Part shown: one piece after another, positions 11,047 to 22,549 of the stretch | Numbering within the stretch: the stretch's first letter is position 1 | Layout of the letters: each line of letters begins with the position of its first letter | Source of the DNA: Nemertoderma westbladi | Lineage: Eukaryota; Animalia; Xenacoelomorpha | Assembly (NCBI GenBank): GCA_032718475.1 | Contig: JAUCBJ010006055.1 | Location: 1-32,261 of the forward strand | DNA: 32,261 bases | Direction: 5' to 3' | The notes under the pieces: model-generated | Databases searched by the model: none | Seen by the model: the letters and a program-made list of their open reading frames with translations, nothing else | What the model was told of the DNA's origin: nothing | Made by a program: the position numbers and the translations under genes

Positions 11047-11652
11047 GTTAGTTAGTTAGTTAGTTATTTTATTGACTAATCCCGGGTGATTGCACAACAT
11101 ACAGTAATAATATGAACAATTGACAACATACAGACAATAAGACAGAATAATACAGGCAAAATAGATTAGTCCAATCGATACAATTGACGGTACAAATAAC
11201 GGAAATAAATAAACGGGAACCAAGAACATAATACAAAGAACAAAATACTAATATACTAGTAATATACTATTAATCTGTTAATCGGTGAGCACAGTTCAGA
11301 CAATAAATAAATAATAAAATATGATTGACATGCAGGTGAGTACAATTCAGACAATGTCGAGTATTTAAATAACACAATCATTGACATACATAGATTGGAT
11401 AAAGTAAGTATGATATTTACGTAAAGGTGAGCAAATAAATATATAATTGGCAAACGTTCAGGCGAGCACAATTCGGTCAAGGTACAACTGTACAATAGAA
11501 AACTGACATAAGACAACATTACCTTGGGACATACATAATTCAAACAAATTACAATAAATAACTGACATACTACATACAACGGACTATTCAGACAATCAAC
11601 GTGTGAGGGATGAATATATTGTAGGACTAGGGTTCTAAATCAACATTAAATT

Positions 11653-14600
11653 TTACTCCGACGCTATTAAGCAATCGTGAACAAAAGACAAAAGTGATTG
11701 AACATCATCCGATTTAATTAAATCAGTAATTGACAAAAACGGTAGGTCCGTATATTTGTTATTTGCGCGTATATTGTCTGTTAGCGAGCAGTGCAGAAGG
11801 GCGTGCTCCTCAGTTTGTACAACATTGCTGCCACAATGGCATATGCGTCGCTCACGTGGAATACGTGACCACCTCCCGGTCTCTATTCGTAGTTTGTGGG
11901 CCGATAAACGGCTCTGTGTCCACGAGAGACGGTGGACTTCGTTATTACTTATTTTTTCATTATATATTTTCGTATTTACTTTTAGTTCTGGATTTATTTT
12001 TCTATATATTTCAGTTTTTGGAGAGCTCGTGTCTCTCGAAAGTCTGTTTATGCGTTCTGAAATGTCCGCTTTGATAGGGTCAGATTCCATGGCCAACAGT
12101 TTATCTAAGTACAGCGCCATGGGGCTACGTACCGATCTAGCCAAGTTTAGAGCAAACAGTAGTGGTCCATGCTTATCTCCAGTCTTAGAGACAGACGAAA
12201 TGAAAAGCCTCTGCCTGGACTTAATTAGAGCTTTTACGGAAGGAATTCCTAATTCAACTAGACATAGGTCATTAGAACACGATTTACGGACCCCAAGGCA
12301 GGACTTTATAACGTCTACATACATTGATTCTACACACTGTAGTTGTTCTGTCAGCCATGTTTCGGAGCCATATAAAATTGACGATAATAGTGCTGCGTCC
12401 ATTACTTTCCTTTTGACCCAAAATTGGGAGTTGTAATTTTTGGCTAAGAATGCGTTGTATTTATTTTTATGGCACTCCTTTTCCTTCAGGTGGATTGTGA
12501 TTGCACTTTGGACTTTCCCGTCTTGTGTTATAGGTGACCCGAGATACATGTATATCTGGCAGTTCTCAATATCTATCTTTCCTGTCGGGATACTCATGCG
12601 GTCAATGTCATCTCCATTGATCACTAAAAATTTTGTTTTCTTCTCATTAATCTTAACACGGTATCTCGCGCAAAACTGTATTAACACTGCTACCTTTTCA
12701 ATAAGACGTTCACGGGATGTTGCAGCCAATACCGAGTCGTCCATTAGGATTAGTGAATGGAGAGACTGTATGAAACCATCTGGTTTGAGTTTCTTTAGTA
12801 ACCTTATTAATGGGTTTATAAAAACTAAAAAAAGTAAACAGCTGCTGGGTGCACCTTGACGAACACCTATATATGCCTGAATTAGGCAATTACCTAATAA
12901 AGCGAGTGTTCTAGAATATATACAATTTATAAACTGGACCATAACTCTACCACACCCTAGAGAAATCAGCTCGTCTATTAATATTTTCCTGTCCCCAAGG
13001 TCGTACGCGGCCGAAAAATCAACAAACAGGAGAAACAACTTTTTCTTTTGCACTCTAGCTATATCGATTAAAAGGCGGAGAGTCATGATATGTTCAATAC
13101 AGCTTCTACCTTTTTGAGCACCGGCTTGTTCTGTATCGGGACACCACCATAGACTGAACCTTCGATAAATAATCAAGTCGAGTAATTTGGGTAATAGACC
13201 AAGGATGCTTATTCCCCGGTAATTGCTGCAGATAGAACGCGCTCCTCGCTTAAAAACCATAAACAGTTTACAGACCCGCCATGATTCAGGGTAATCACAG
13301 CCAAGGAATACTAGATTAAATACATTAAGAATAGCTAATAACCATTGGATCGGCAATTTCTTCAACAAGCCTGGAGCCAAATTATCAGGACCACAGGCCT
13401 TATTAGGTTTCATCTCATCTATGGCCTCTACGACTTCCACTAGTGTGATTGGTCTATCCAGAATTGGTACATCAGGACAAGAGTGAATGTTGCTGGCTGG
13501 GATTACATTAATATCATCGTCTGGTTTTGATGGCAATGTACTTAGATACTGTGCAAACTCTTCATAAGATGGTTCAAGGCTGCTCGTTCCGCTTGTATGA
13601 CCGGTGCAAATACCCCCCTTGAAATTGATTGCCGACCAAATATCGCCGTAGTTATTGGATGTCAGTAGTCTTTCCCACCGAGGACCATGTCCGTCATTTT
13701 GAACAGACTTTAATTTACTTTGTCGAGCGAGATCTTGTAAGGTATTCGTAATTTCTGTACACTTGTCTAAGATACTACTGGACAAACTCGCAACCGGGTC
13801 AGTATTAGCTGTCAAATTGGCAAAATGCAATTGGTCAATTTTACCGAAAGGTATTCCAGAATTTTTCCCGTTTATTGTAGGTTGTAAATAATTTTGTATA
13901 GATTCTGCACGTGTGTGGAGTTCTATAACATCTAAGCGCAACGGTAATGCAATCTCTAATGTAATAGGTGCATGGTTGGAAGGGTAAAACTGGTCATTAT
14001 GCACCATAAAACAATTAATGTAATTTAATGCACTACGGGATACAATAACATAATCTAACTGAGACACCCATCTATCTATCAGTCATACGGAAGGTTAGGC
14101 CTGTTGGGTATGACACAGAATTATAACAGATGTTATTCAGGGGTAATAAGTCGCAAAATTTGCACAAGTTTAAAAGCGACCTACCATGTGAGTTGATAAC
14201 TCTATCATGGTTCGGTTTGTAATTTATTACACTGTCACATAATGACAACGGGTTTCCAATCTTACAATTTAAGTCGCCCAAAATAAACATATTAGTACCA
14301 GACTCTTGGGCTGCCACACATTTAGATTGCAAATTTGCGAAACAGTTATCATTGAAATATTGGGAGTCTGATGGTGGGATATAACAAGCTCCAAAAAGCA
14401 TATTTGGTACAAATGTTAGGCTAAACCACACTTGGTCAGGGAAAGCAGTATCTACATTAGATATATACTTATAAATATGGTTACGTACAAATAATGCTAC
14501 ACCTCCGCGGTTGTAAGCTTTACCTATAGGTTTTGTGCGTATGGGCTCAGAGAACCCAGGTACTGAGTACCGGAAAGCTGTTTTAACTTCTGATAATAGA

Positions 14601-14701
14601 ACGATATCGTAATTCCTAACCAATTCCAGTACTTGTGTATTTTCCAATTTGTCCTTTATACCATTGATGTTCCAACAGATAAATTTTGCTGTGCTAATCA
14701 C
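11653..14701 (-). pseudogene. LINE ORF2 (apurinic-like endonuclease + reverse transcriptase + C-terminal Cys/His finger), about 1015 aa, broken by one 4-bp duplication
   Basis: APE motifs ICWNING, LSE, GGVALFV, YIPP, GDLN, LDY, SNH; RT motifs KACGPD, NYRGIS, QAG, FVDFSAAYD, GVRQG, LMDD, YLG. Removing one TAGA from GATAGATAGATGG (about 14070-14080) gives TFRMTDRWVSQLDY and fuses ORFs 14072-14701 and 11653-14067. Confidence 0.93.
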
Positions 14702-14709
14702 CCGGCCCT

Positions 14710-15465
14710 TTAGTTTTCCGACAACTGGCTTTCTTTATGAACCACTACACCGTCCCGTTTAACTGAACGCTCTTTCCAGTCTATACGCATATTACATCCA
14801 ATATTTACTGGTTTGTTACGTTCATCGCGGAGAACTTTTCTCAAATCAGCGTCCCGTTTACGTTTCGTGTCGGATTCATCCTTGTTTAAGAATACCATGT
14901 TAAATTCATCTATGTCCTTGAGCTTTTTCCCAAGCGAGAGTGCCTGGTTTCTGGCATCGATTGTGTTCAGTGACATCAGGAGGCGGGGAGGGCGGGAACC
15001 CGAGATGTTCGAAACAGCCCCTAATCTGTACGCGTCTTGGATCTGTGTGTTTGGATCACAGCCAATTTGGTTAAGTAGTGATTCGCATAAGTTTTTATCC
15101 GTTGTACCATCTCGAGGCGACAAGCCACTTATAATAATATTCTTGGATCTCACAATTTGGTCTAGCCGCTCCATAGCAGATTGTTGAGCAATAGAAGCCT
15201 TCTCTAAGTTGGATACTCGATTCTCCAAGATAACGTTGTCAGTTTCAAGTTTCGTATTTCTTTCCTCAAGAAGTTTTATTTGTAATCTCGACTGCTTGGT
15301 ATCTTCTTCCACACCGATAATCCTGTTGGTTAGAGATCCTATTTGATCTTGTACATCAGAAAGGCGGGATTCGATTCGATTCTGGGAGCGCATAATCTCC
15401 TGAACCCAAACGGGAGGATCTGTATTGGCCACAGTTCCCGGTACTGATGCAGGATCCGTCCTCAT
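14710..15465 (-). CDS. LINE ORF1 (coiled coil + RRM-like, L1-ORF1 type), possibly 5'-truncated
   Basis: Heptad-rich N half, then RSKNIIISGL...AYRLG...PRLL...VFLNKDES, typical of LINE ORF1. First ATG inside the element is at 15465; the track's extension to 15540 lies mostly in flanking DNA. Confidence 0.85.
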   Translation of the reverse strand: MRTDPASVPGTVANTDPPVWVQEIMRSQNRIESRLSDVQDQIGSLTNRIIGVEEDTKQSRLQIKLLEERNTKLETDNVILENRVSNLEKASIAQQSAMERLDQIVRSKNIIISGLSPRDGTTDKNLCESLLNQIGCDPNTQIQDAYRLGAVSNISGSRPPRLLMSLNTIDARNQALSLGKKLKDIDEFNMVFLNKDESDTKRKRDADLRKVLRDERNKPVNIGCNMRIDWKERSVKRDGVVVHKESQLSEN

Positions 15466-15589
15466 TAGGGGTAACCCTGCGAATGGCAGTTTACCAAAAT
15501 GAGTCAGTGACGCAAATATGCGCCATTCCAGCTGGTGCATTCCAGAAATGCAGGATTAAATTCGAGTAAAGGCTGTAGAAATTCCACAC

Positions 15590-16362
15590 TGCAGGGTGTC
15601 TGGTGTGTCTGCAGGGTGGTGCTGGGTGGAGGCATGGTTGGTGTGTCTGCAGGGTGGTGCTGGGTGGAGGCAAGGTTGGTGTGTCTGCAGGGTGGTGCTG
15701 GGTTGAGGCGAGGTTGGTGTGTCTGTAGGGTGGTGCTGGGTGGAGGAAAGGTTGGTGTGTCTGCAGGGTGGTGCTGTGTGGAGGCAAGGTTGGTGTGTCT
15801 GCAGGGTGGTGCTGGGTGGAGGCGAGGTTGGTGTGTCTGCAGGGTGGTGCTGGGTGGAGGCAAGGTTTGTGTGTCTGCATGGTAGTGCTGAGTGGAGGCA
15901 AGGTTGGTCTGTCTGCAGGGTGGTGCTGGGTGGAGGCATGGTTGGTGTGTCTGCAGGGTGGTGCTGGGTGGAGGCAAGGTTGGTGTGTCTGCAGGGTGGT
16001 GCTGTGTGGAGGCAAGGTTGGTGTATCTGCAGGGTGGTGCTGGGTGGAGGCGAGGTTGGTGTGTCTGCAGGATGGTGCTGGGTGGAGGCAAGGTTTGTGT
16101 GTCTGCATGGTAGTGTTGAGTGGAGGCAAGGTTGGTCAGTCTGCAGGGTGGTGCTGGGTGGAGGCATGGTTGGTGTGTCTGCAGGGTGGTGCTGGGTGGA
16201 GGCAATGTTGGTGTGTCTGCAGGGTGGTGCTGGGTTGAGGCGAGGTTGGTGTGTCTGCAGGGTGGTGCTGGGTGGAGGTAAGGTTGGTGTGTCTGCAGGG
16301 TGGTGCTGGGTGGAGGCATGGTTTGAGTGTCTGCAGGGTGGTGCTGGGTTGCGGCAAGGTTA
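15590..16362. repeat. 38-bp G-rich minisatellite, about 20 copies
   Basis: Unit GGTTGGTGTGTCTGCAGGGTGGTGCTGGGTGGAGGCAA. Confidence 0.97.
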
Positions 16363-16611
16363 GTGATTCTGTGCAATGCCAGAGGTAAAATGGAAACCAG
16401 GCTTCTATATGGGGAGTAAAAAAGTATTGGGTAGTTATGGAGTGTACTCCCTTGGTAGTTAGTGTGGCGACATCCCTGTTTTATATGTAATAGCCAAGGG
16501 AGAAGAGCCTTTGGGTTGTGCATGGTGTTTTCTGTTTCCCACTCACCAAAACTTTATTATAGATTTCATATTCTGGCACAATTACAAAGCTATCTAGTTG
16601 CCTCCAAATTC

Positions 16612-18177
16612 GTGAGACGTGGATACGGCAGGGATGGGAGGTGGTGTTGGAGACGTGGATACGGCAGGGATAGGAGGTGGTGTTGGAGACGTGGATACGG
16701 CAGGGATGGGAAGTGGTGTTGGAGAGATGGATATTGGATACGGCAGGGATGGGAGGAGGTGTTGGAGACGTGGATACGGCAGGGATGGGAGGTGGTGTTG
16801 GAGACGTGGATACGGCAGGGATGGGAGGTGGTTTTGGAGACGTGGATACGGCAGGGATGGGAGGTGGTGTTGGAGACGTGGATATGGCAGGGATTGGAGG
16901 TGGTTTTGGAGACGTGGATATGGCAGGGGATGGGAGGTGGTGTTGGAGAGGTGGATATGGCAGGGGTGGGAGGGGGTGTTGGAGACGTGGATACGGCAGG
17001 GATGGGAGGTGGTGTTGGAGACGTGGATACGGCAGGGATGGGAGGTGGTGTTGGAGACGTGGATACGGCAGGGATGGGAGGGGGTGTTGGAGACGTGGAT
17101 ACGGCAGGGATGGGAGGGGGTGTTGGAGACGTGGATACGGCAGGGAGGTGGTGTTGGATACGTGGATACGGCAGGGATGGGAGGTGGTGTTGGAGACGTG
17201 GATACGGCAGGGATGGGAGGGGGTGTTGGAGACGTGGATACGGCAGGGATGGGAGGGGGTGTTGGAGACGTGGATACGGCAGGGAGGTGGTGTTGGATAC
17301 GTGGATATGGCAGGGATGGGAGGTGGTGTTGGAGACGTGGATACGGAAGGGATGGGAGGTGGTGTTGGAGACGAGGATATGGCAGGGATGGGAGGTGGTG
17401 TTGGAGACGTGGATACGGCATGGATGGGAGGTGGTGTTGGAGACGTGGATACGGCAGGGAGGTGGTGTTGGAGACGTGGATATGGCAGGGATGGGAGGTG
17501 GTGTTGGATACGTGGATACGGCAGGGATGGGAGGTGGTGTTGGAGACGTGGATACGGCAGGGATGGGAGGTGGTTTTGGAGATGTGGATACGGCAGGGAT
17601 GGGAGGTGGTGTTGGAGACGTGGATACGGCAGGGATGGGAGGTGGTGTTGGAGACGTGGATACGGCAGGGAGGTGGTGTTGGAGACGTGGGTACGGCAGG
17701 GATGGGAGGTGGTGTTGGAGACGTGGATACGGCAGGGAGGTGGTGTTGGAGACGTGGATACGGCAGGGAGGTGGTGTTGGAGACGTGGATACGGCAGGGA
17801 GGTGGTGTTGGAGACGTGGATACGGCATGGATGGGAGGTGGTGTTGGAGACATGGATACGGCAGGGATGGGAGGTGGTGTTGGAGACGTGGATAAGGCAG
17901 GGAGGTGGTGTTGGAGACGTGGATACGGCATGGATGGGAGGTGGTGTTGGAGACATGGATACGGTAGGGATGGGAGGTGGTGTTGGAGATGTGGATACGG
18001 CAGGGATGGGAGGTGGTGTTGGAGATGTGGATACGGCAGGGATGGGAGGGGGTGTTGGAGACGTGGATACGGCAGGGATGGGAGGTGGTGTTGGAGACGT
18101 GGATATGGCAGGGAGGGGAGGTGGTGTTGGAGACGTGGATACGGCAGGGAAGGGAGGTGGTGTAGGAGACATGGATA
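16612..18177. repeat. 36-bp G-rich minisatellite with 31-bp variants, about 45 copies
   Basis: Unit GGAGACGTGGATACGGCAGGGATGGGAGGTGGTGTT; variant lacks 5 nt (GGCAGGGAGGTGG). Confidence 0.97.
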
Positions 18178-19895
18178 AACTAAGGATCTATTACTGCACA
18201 ATATACTGTATGAAAATTTTTTCTATTATGTAAGATACTTAATATCCGATGATAATAAACGATCTTGGCCAAAAAAAACAATTGCAGGGATCATAATATT
18301 GCACATATCCAATGTTAATTAATCATTATAGTTTCTGTAGGGCGATGCTGGGCTTGTTATAACATTTAGATTAGATTTGCATTGTCTCATTAATTATACA
18401 GAATCCATATGTTTTTGTTAACACTGTCAGTACTACTAATAAGCAATAGAGATAATAGAGCAAATAGGCTTTAGTCCTTTATAACTTCCCCAAACTCACG
18501 ATTTTACAATTTAAAATAGTCCAGGACCACTAAATCGACTATTGTGCGTCGAATGAGCCTAACATCACCTTTCTACTGTGAGTAGTTCAGTAGTTTTCTC
18601 AATTCCAGACATAGGTCAAAAAATTACTAATAGACGCAGTATTAATATTTGCAAGTTCCCGAGTGTTTTACTGGCTCGGTTATCTTATAGCTTAAGTGAA
18701 CTGAACAACCAGCCTAAAATTTATCCTCAAAATCCACTTTGTTGTTTTTTTCTAGTATTTTCTCCCAATTAATGTTTTATTGCGTTTTATATTTACGCAT
18801 TGATTCTAAAAATATCGTCTATGTGTTCTAAAGGAGCAAAATATCCTATCTAACCTATCCCGTAGGTAGGCATTTGGCAAAATGTAAAAATTACAGATAT
18901 TTTCAATGGCAAAGTGACTTAGTAGTGAATTTACCATTTTCAACCTCATTTTTCTTGGAATGAATTCAATCATATTGTAATTTGCAACAATTTTGAGAAA
19001 ATAGACTATATTTTAATACCATTATGTTCCGCCCTTAAATAAATTAGTTGCACTTGCCAAGCTGTTTTACGTTTCATCAATTTACTCAAAATGATGCTTT
19101 AGGAGAGGATGTTCTGCCATATGAGGGCAGTATTGTATTGAAGATAATAATCTGTAGAAACTAATGATGATAATTGTAAGACCGATACTGGCCGCTAGGT
19201 GGTGTAGATAATTTGAATTAGCATTTCTGACATTTTTACTGGTACAATCATTAGGCCTACGCCTACAGGCCTACCTATTCGCTGAGCTGAGATCCAATCC
19301 AAACTGCCGGATTGGATATTAATTTTATCCTTATTTAAGAACCCTATTTTTACTGCCTGACTGCTGTACTGTATACGTGTGTGTAGGTGTACTGTCACTG
19401 TGTAGTGTACTGCAGTACTGTAACTGTATAACACGCAATATTTAATTTATAAAGTATTAGTTACCGGTAGTTCATTCGTTTAACATACTATTAATTATTT
19501 TAACATTAATTATTATTCGTGTCAGTGTCAGAGTGTGGTCGTGGACTCGTGGTGATATTAGTATTAGTATTACAGTATTAGAATATGACTTGATGACTTG
19601 CACATTTTTAAATTACACCGCACTGCAGAAACTGCAGAATTGTAATTTAATGTAAAACTAAACGGTCTAATTACTAATAATTATAATATAAATATAAAAT
19701 AATGCTGGTACCATCCGAGATCCGACTGTCCGATAAACTAAACCCTACTCTCGGGTGTTGGTTGCTGTGTTGGGATGAATGTGATGGCTAAGGAGCGAGG
19801 TTTTCATTCGCAGTGGCAGTATTGACTGAGTCGGTGTCTGATTAGTGCCTGTGCCTCGCCTCCCGATCCCCCACATCGTGCTTCCATCTGTTCAT

Positions 19896-20120
19896 GTTTA
19901 GTTTAGTTTAGTTTAATTTTCCATTATAAAATATTAATTATTGCATAAATGCACATGCACAATACAATTAATAATAATTAACACATTTTTGTTGAAAATG
20001 GTAGGTTGCGGCAGATAGCTAAAGAAGCTAGTGTTTGCTGCGGACCTAGAGAGGGGGGGGGGGGGGGGTGGGTGTAGGTGAGTGGACGACTGTCGGGGGG
20101 GGGGGGGGGGGGGGGATAGA
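19896..20120 (-). repeat. (CTAAA)n tail after ATTAAA plus two long poly-G/C tracts; possible 3' remnant of a LINE
   Basis: GTTTA x4 at 19896-19915; G16 at 20053-20068 and G21 at 20095-20115. Confidence 0.35.
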
Positions 20121-20324
20121 AGGTAGCAATGTAACGACATGCCAATTACTTTTATACTGTAGTTATAGAAATAACTGATCCATTGTGTTGGACAAAGGGA
20201 GGATGCAAACACCGGCGTTGGTTCTAAAAACAGTGATGATCGCAGTGGCTAACACTAACGTATACCTGCTCTGCCATCCTGCCTTTTCACACGGTTCTCT
20301 TCCCTGACCCCGACACTCAAAATC

Positions 20325-21339
20325 GATTGGCTGATTGGGGGACGTTTAGTGCCCGCGGGCACTAATGTCTCGGGACTTTAGTGGGAACCATGTCTACAAG
20401 TGAGACGTTAGCGCCCGCGAGTTATTAGTGCCCGAGGACCTTGTCTGCAAGTGAGACGTTAGTGCCCGCGAGTCAGTAGTGCCCGCACCCCGCACTGAAT
20501 TTGAAAGTTAGTATAAGGCAATCCGTTTTTCTTCTTACTTATACCATACCACATTCAACCAAAGTCATTAACAACGGCCCCTCCATTAACATACACTAAC
20601 AGACTAATTTAATTAATTCCCTAATTTAATAAACTAAAAGTACTACTTTACTTTTAATTCGTCGACAAAATGTCAGACAGTCAACTGAGTATTTTCCTTG
20701 AAATCATTAATTCATTATAATATATTAGTTAGTGCGTCCTCGGACGATTATACTGTAGAACTGCACCTTGTTTTTTTTTAATTACACACTGTCAGACTGT
20801 CTCCAGTAAAGTTGAACAAATTAAGTATACTAATCAAAAGTAGGTTATCTATATACAATCAAACGATGTTGCTTAGTCCTCATTCCTTGAAGACTTTACT
20901 GCAAAATCAAATAATATAAATGCTGCCATGTCTGCATGTCTAGCTGAGGTTGATAAATTTTTTAATCATAAAAGATCGGAGTTGAAATTAAAATGTTAAA
21001 TAACGAGATGCGGGAACTGAAGCTGTAAAGACTGGAAATTATCTTTGAAGTTTGAAGAAAGCAACGACTCGTTTGCATCAGCAGGAACTTAAGAAGCGGG
21101 AAATGTCTTCCTGGCCTGTTGTATTTATTACATACTGTATACTAACTATGTCGCTAGGCGGGCACTAATGTCTCGCGGGCACAAATGTCTCACGGGCACT
21201 AACGTCTCGCAGGCACTAACGTCCTACATGGGACATTAGTGCCCGCGATAATGCGACCAAGTGACCGCGGGCACTAAAGGTACTGAGACATTAGTGCCGC
21301 GGGCACTATAATGTCTCGTGGGCACTAACGTCCCAAGAC
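20325..21339. mobile_element. Non-autonomous Mutator-like (MULE) DNA transposon, about 1.0 kb, with 9-bp TSD
   Basis: CTCAAAATC at 20316-20324 and 21340-21348; ends carry inverted arrays of GACGTTAGTGCCCGCG / GGGCACTAA(T/C)GTCTCG (20337-20487, 21160-21335); no ORF inside. Confidence 0.85.
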
Positions 21340-22549
21340 CTCAAAATCTACATTACATTTAATTTTAATTATTTACGTGGTGTTGGGGGGGCACTTTTGT
21401 ATACTACATATGAGACATCGGAGTATCGCAATATCGGAATATCTGCCACGTCACCACGACTGACACTGACAGGCTGACTCACCAGTCTAGTGAATACGGG
21501 CCATTGCTGACTTGACTTTCTGCTAGCTCTAGCATGTCAGTATCCAAGCCACTACAGCACTAGACTGCTAGACTAGCCAGAAGACAGTAGGTCCATTCTT
21601 ATATTAGTCTATTAGGCCTATAGATGTCTACACCAACTAAATCGGGCATCTGGTCATTGCGGTTCTAATGAAATGAGCATAATATCCATGCGGTGGGAAT
21701 ACTAGAAGTTGATCATCACAAAAATGGGGAATATGACTCACTTGCAGCAAGGGCGGGAACTGGACGTGGACATATGAAAGAATTTAATACTAACATTTTC
21801 AGTTGGGTTCAACGACAATTCTGTAGCAAATTGTGTAAGAAATTGGAATAGGCCTATGTATACCTTTTTACCTAACAATGATAAAAGAACTAGTCCCATG
21901 ATTACATTTTATGTGGGACCGTCGAAGGCTCAAGCAGCCATTATGATGCCACGGTGGGTCTGGTTCCCGGAAACTCCAACACATTTTGGAGTTATCAAAT
22001 GTGTTTTTATGCAATTTGGAACAAATTAGAACATGAACCCAGCTGAAATTCAAAAAATTTTGAAATATGAACTATCATAAAGCTGTAAATTTTATTTATT
22101 TATTTCACAATTAATATAAAAATTTAAATCGGAAACACAGATTAAAATATTAAAATTAAAGGGAGAAAATCACCAAGGTTCCCTTCCGGGAGCACTAACA
22201 GACTAATAGGTAACCTAGCATCGGATCGGAATACTCATTTCGAAACCTTTACTAAATATACAGTATAACGGTAAGTAATTTAAAATTATTGTAATTTATG
22301 ATGCAATAAACTGATAAAAACGTTATGTAATTACAACAAATAAGCGTACGTAGTAGCATAAAATAACAAATATGTAACCATGAACAACAGTGTGTGATGA
22401 AGCAGATTTTAAAAAGAGGAGAGGTAGGCCTAGGCCTATCCTATCAGCCTATAGCCTGATAGCTGTATGTATATGGTGTGGTATACTACAGTACTAGTAC
22501 TGAGTATGGTAGTATAATGCTGTAATGGCGGAATGGTATAGTATAGTCC

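Larger units (their letters stand above)
11047..15481 (-). mobile_element. Near full-length non-LTR retrotransposon (LINE), RTEX-like by motif
   Basis: ORF1 + APE-RT ORF2 + about 590-nt 3' UTR ending AATAAAAA(TAAC)n at 11045-11072; both boundaries defined by the interrupted 156-bp duplication. Clade call rests on the C-terminal RLSAHKLRIETGRW..CxC..H..C motif. Confidence 0.92.

Noticed and set aside
11730-15187. Plus-strand ORFs over the LINE, and minus-strand ORFs over NSF and the second RT
   Set aside because: Antisense shadows of real coding frames with no independent motifs.
15491-18233. 200-560-aa Pro/His- or Gly/Trp-rich ORFs resembling extensin or mucin
   Set aside because: Open in nearly all frames on both strands because the units lack stops; 31- and 38-bp units break frame; no splice or signal-peptide support.
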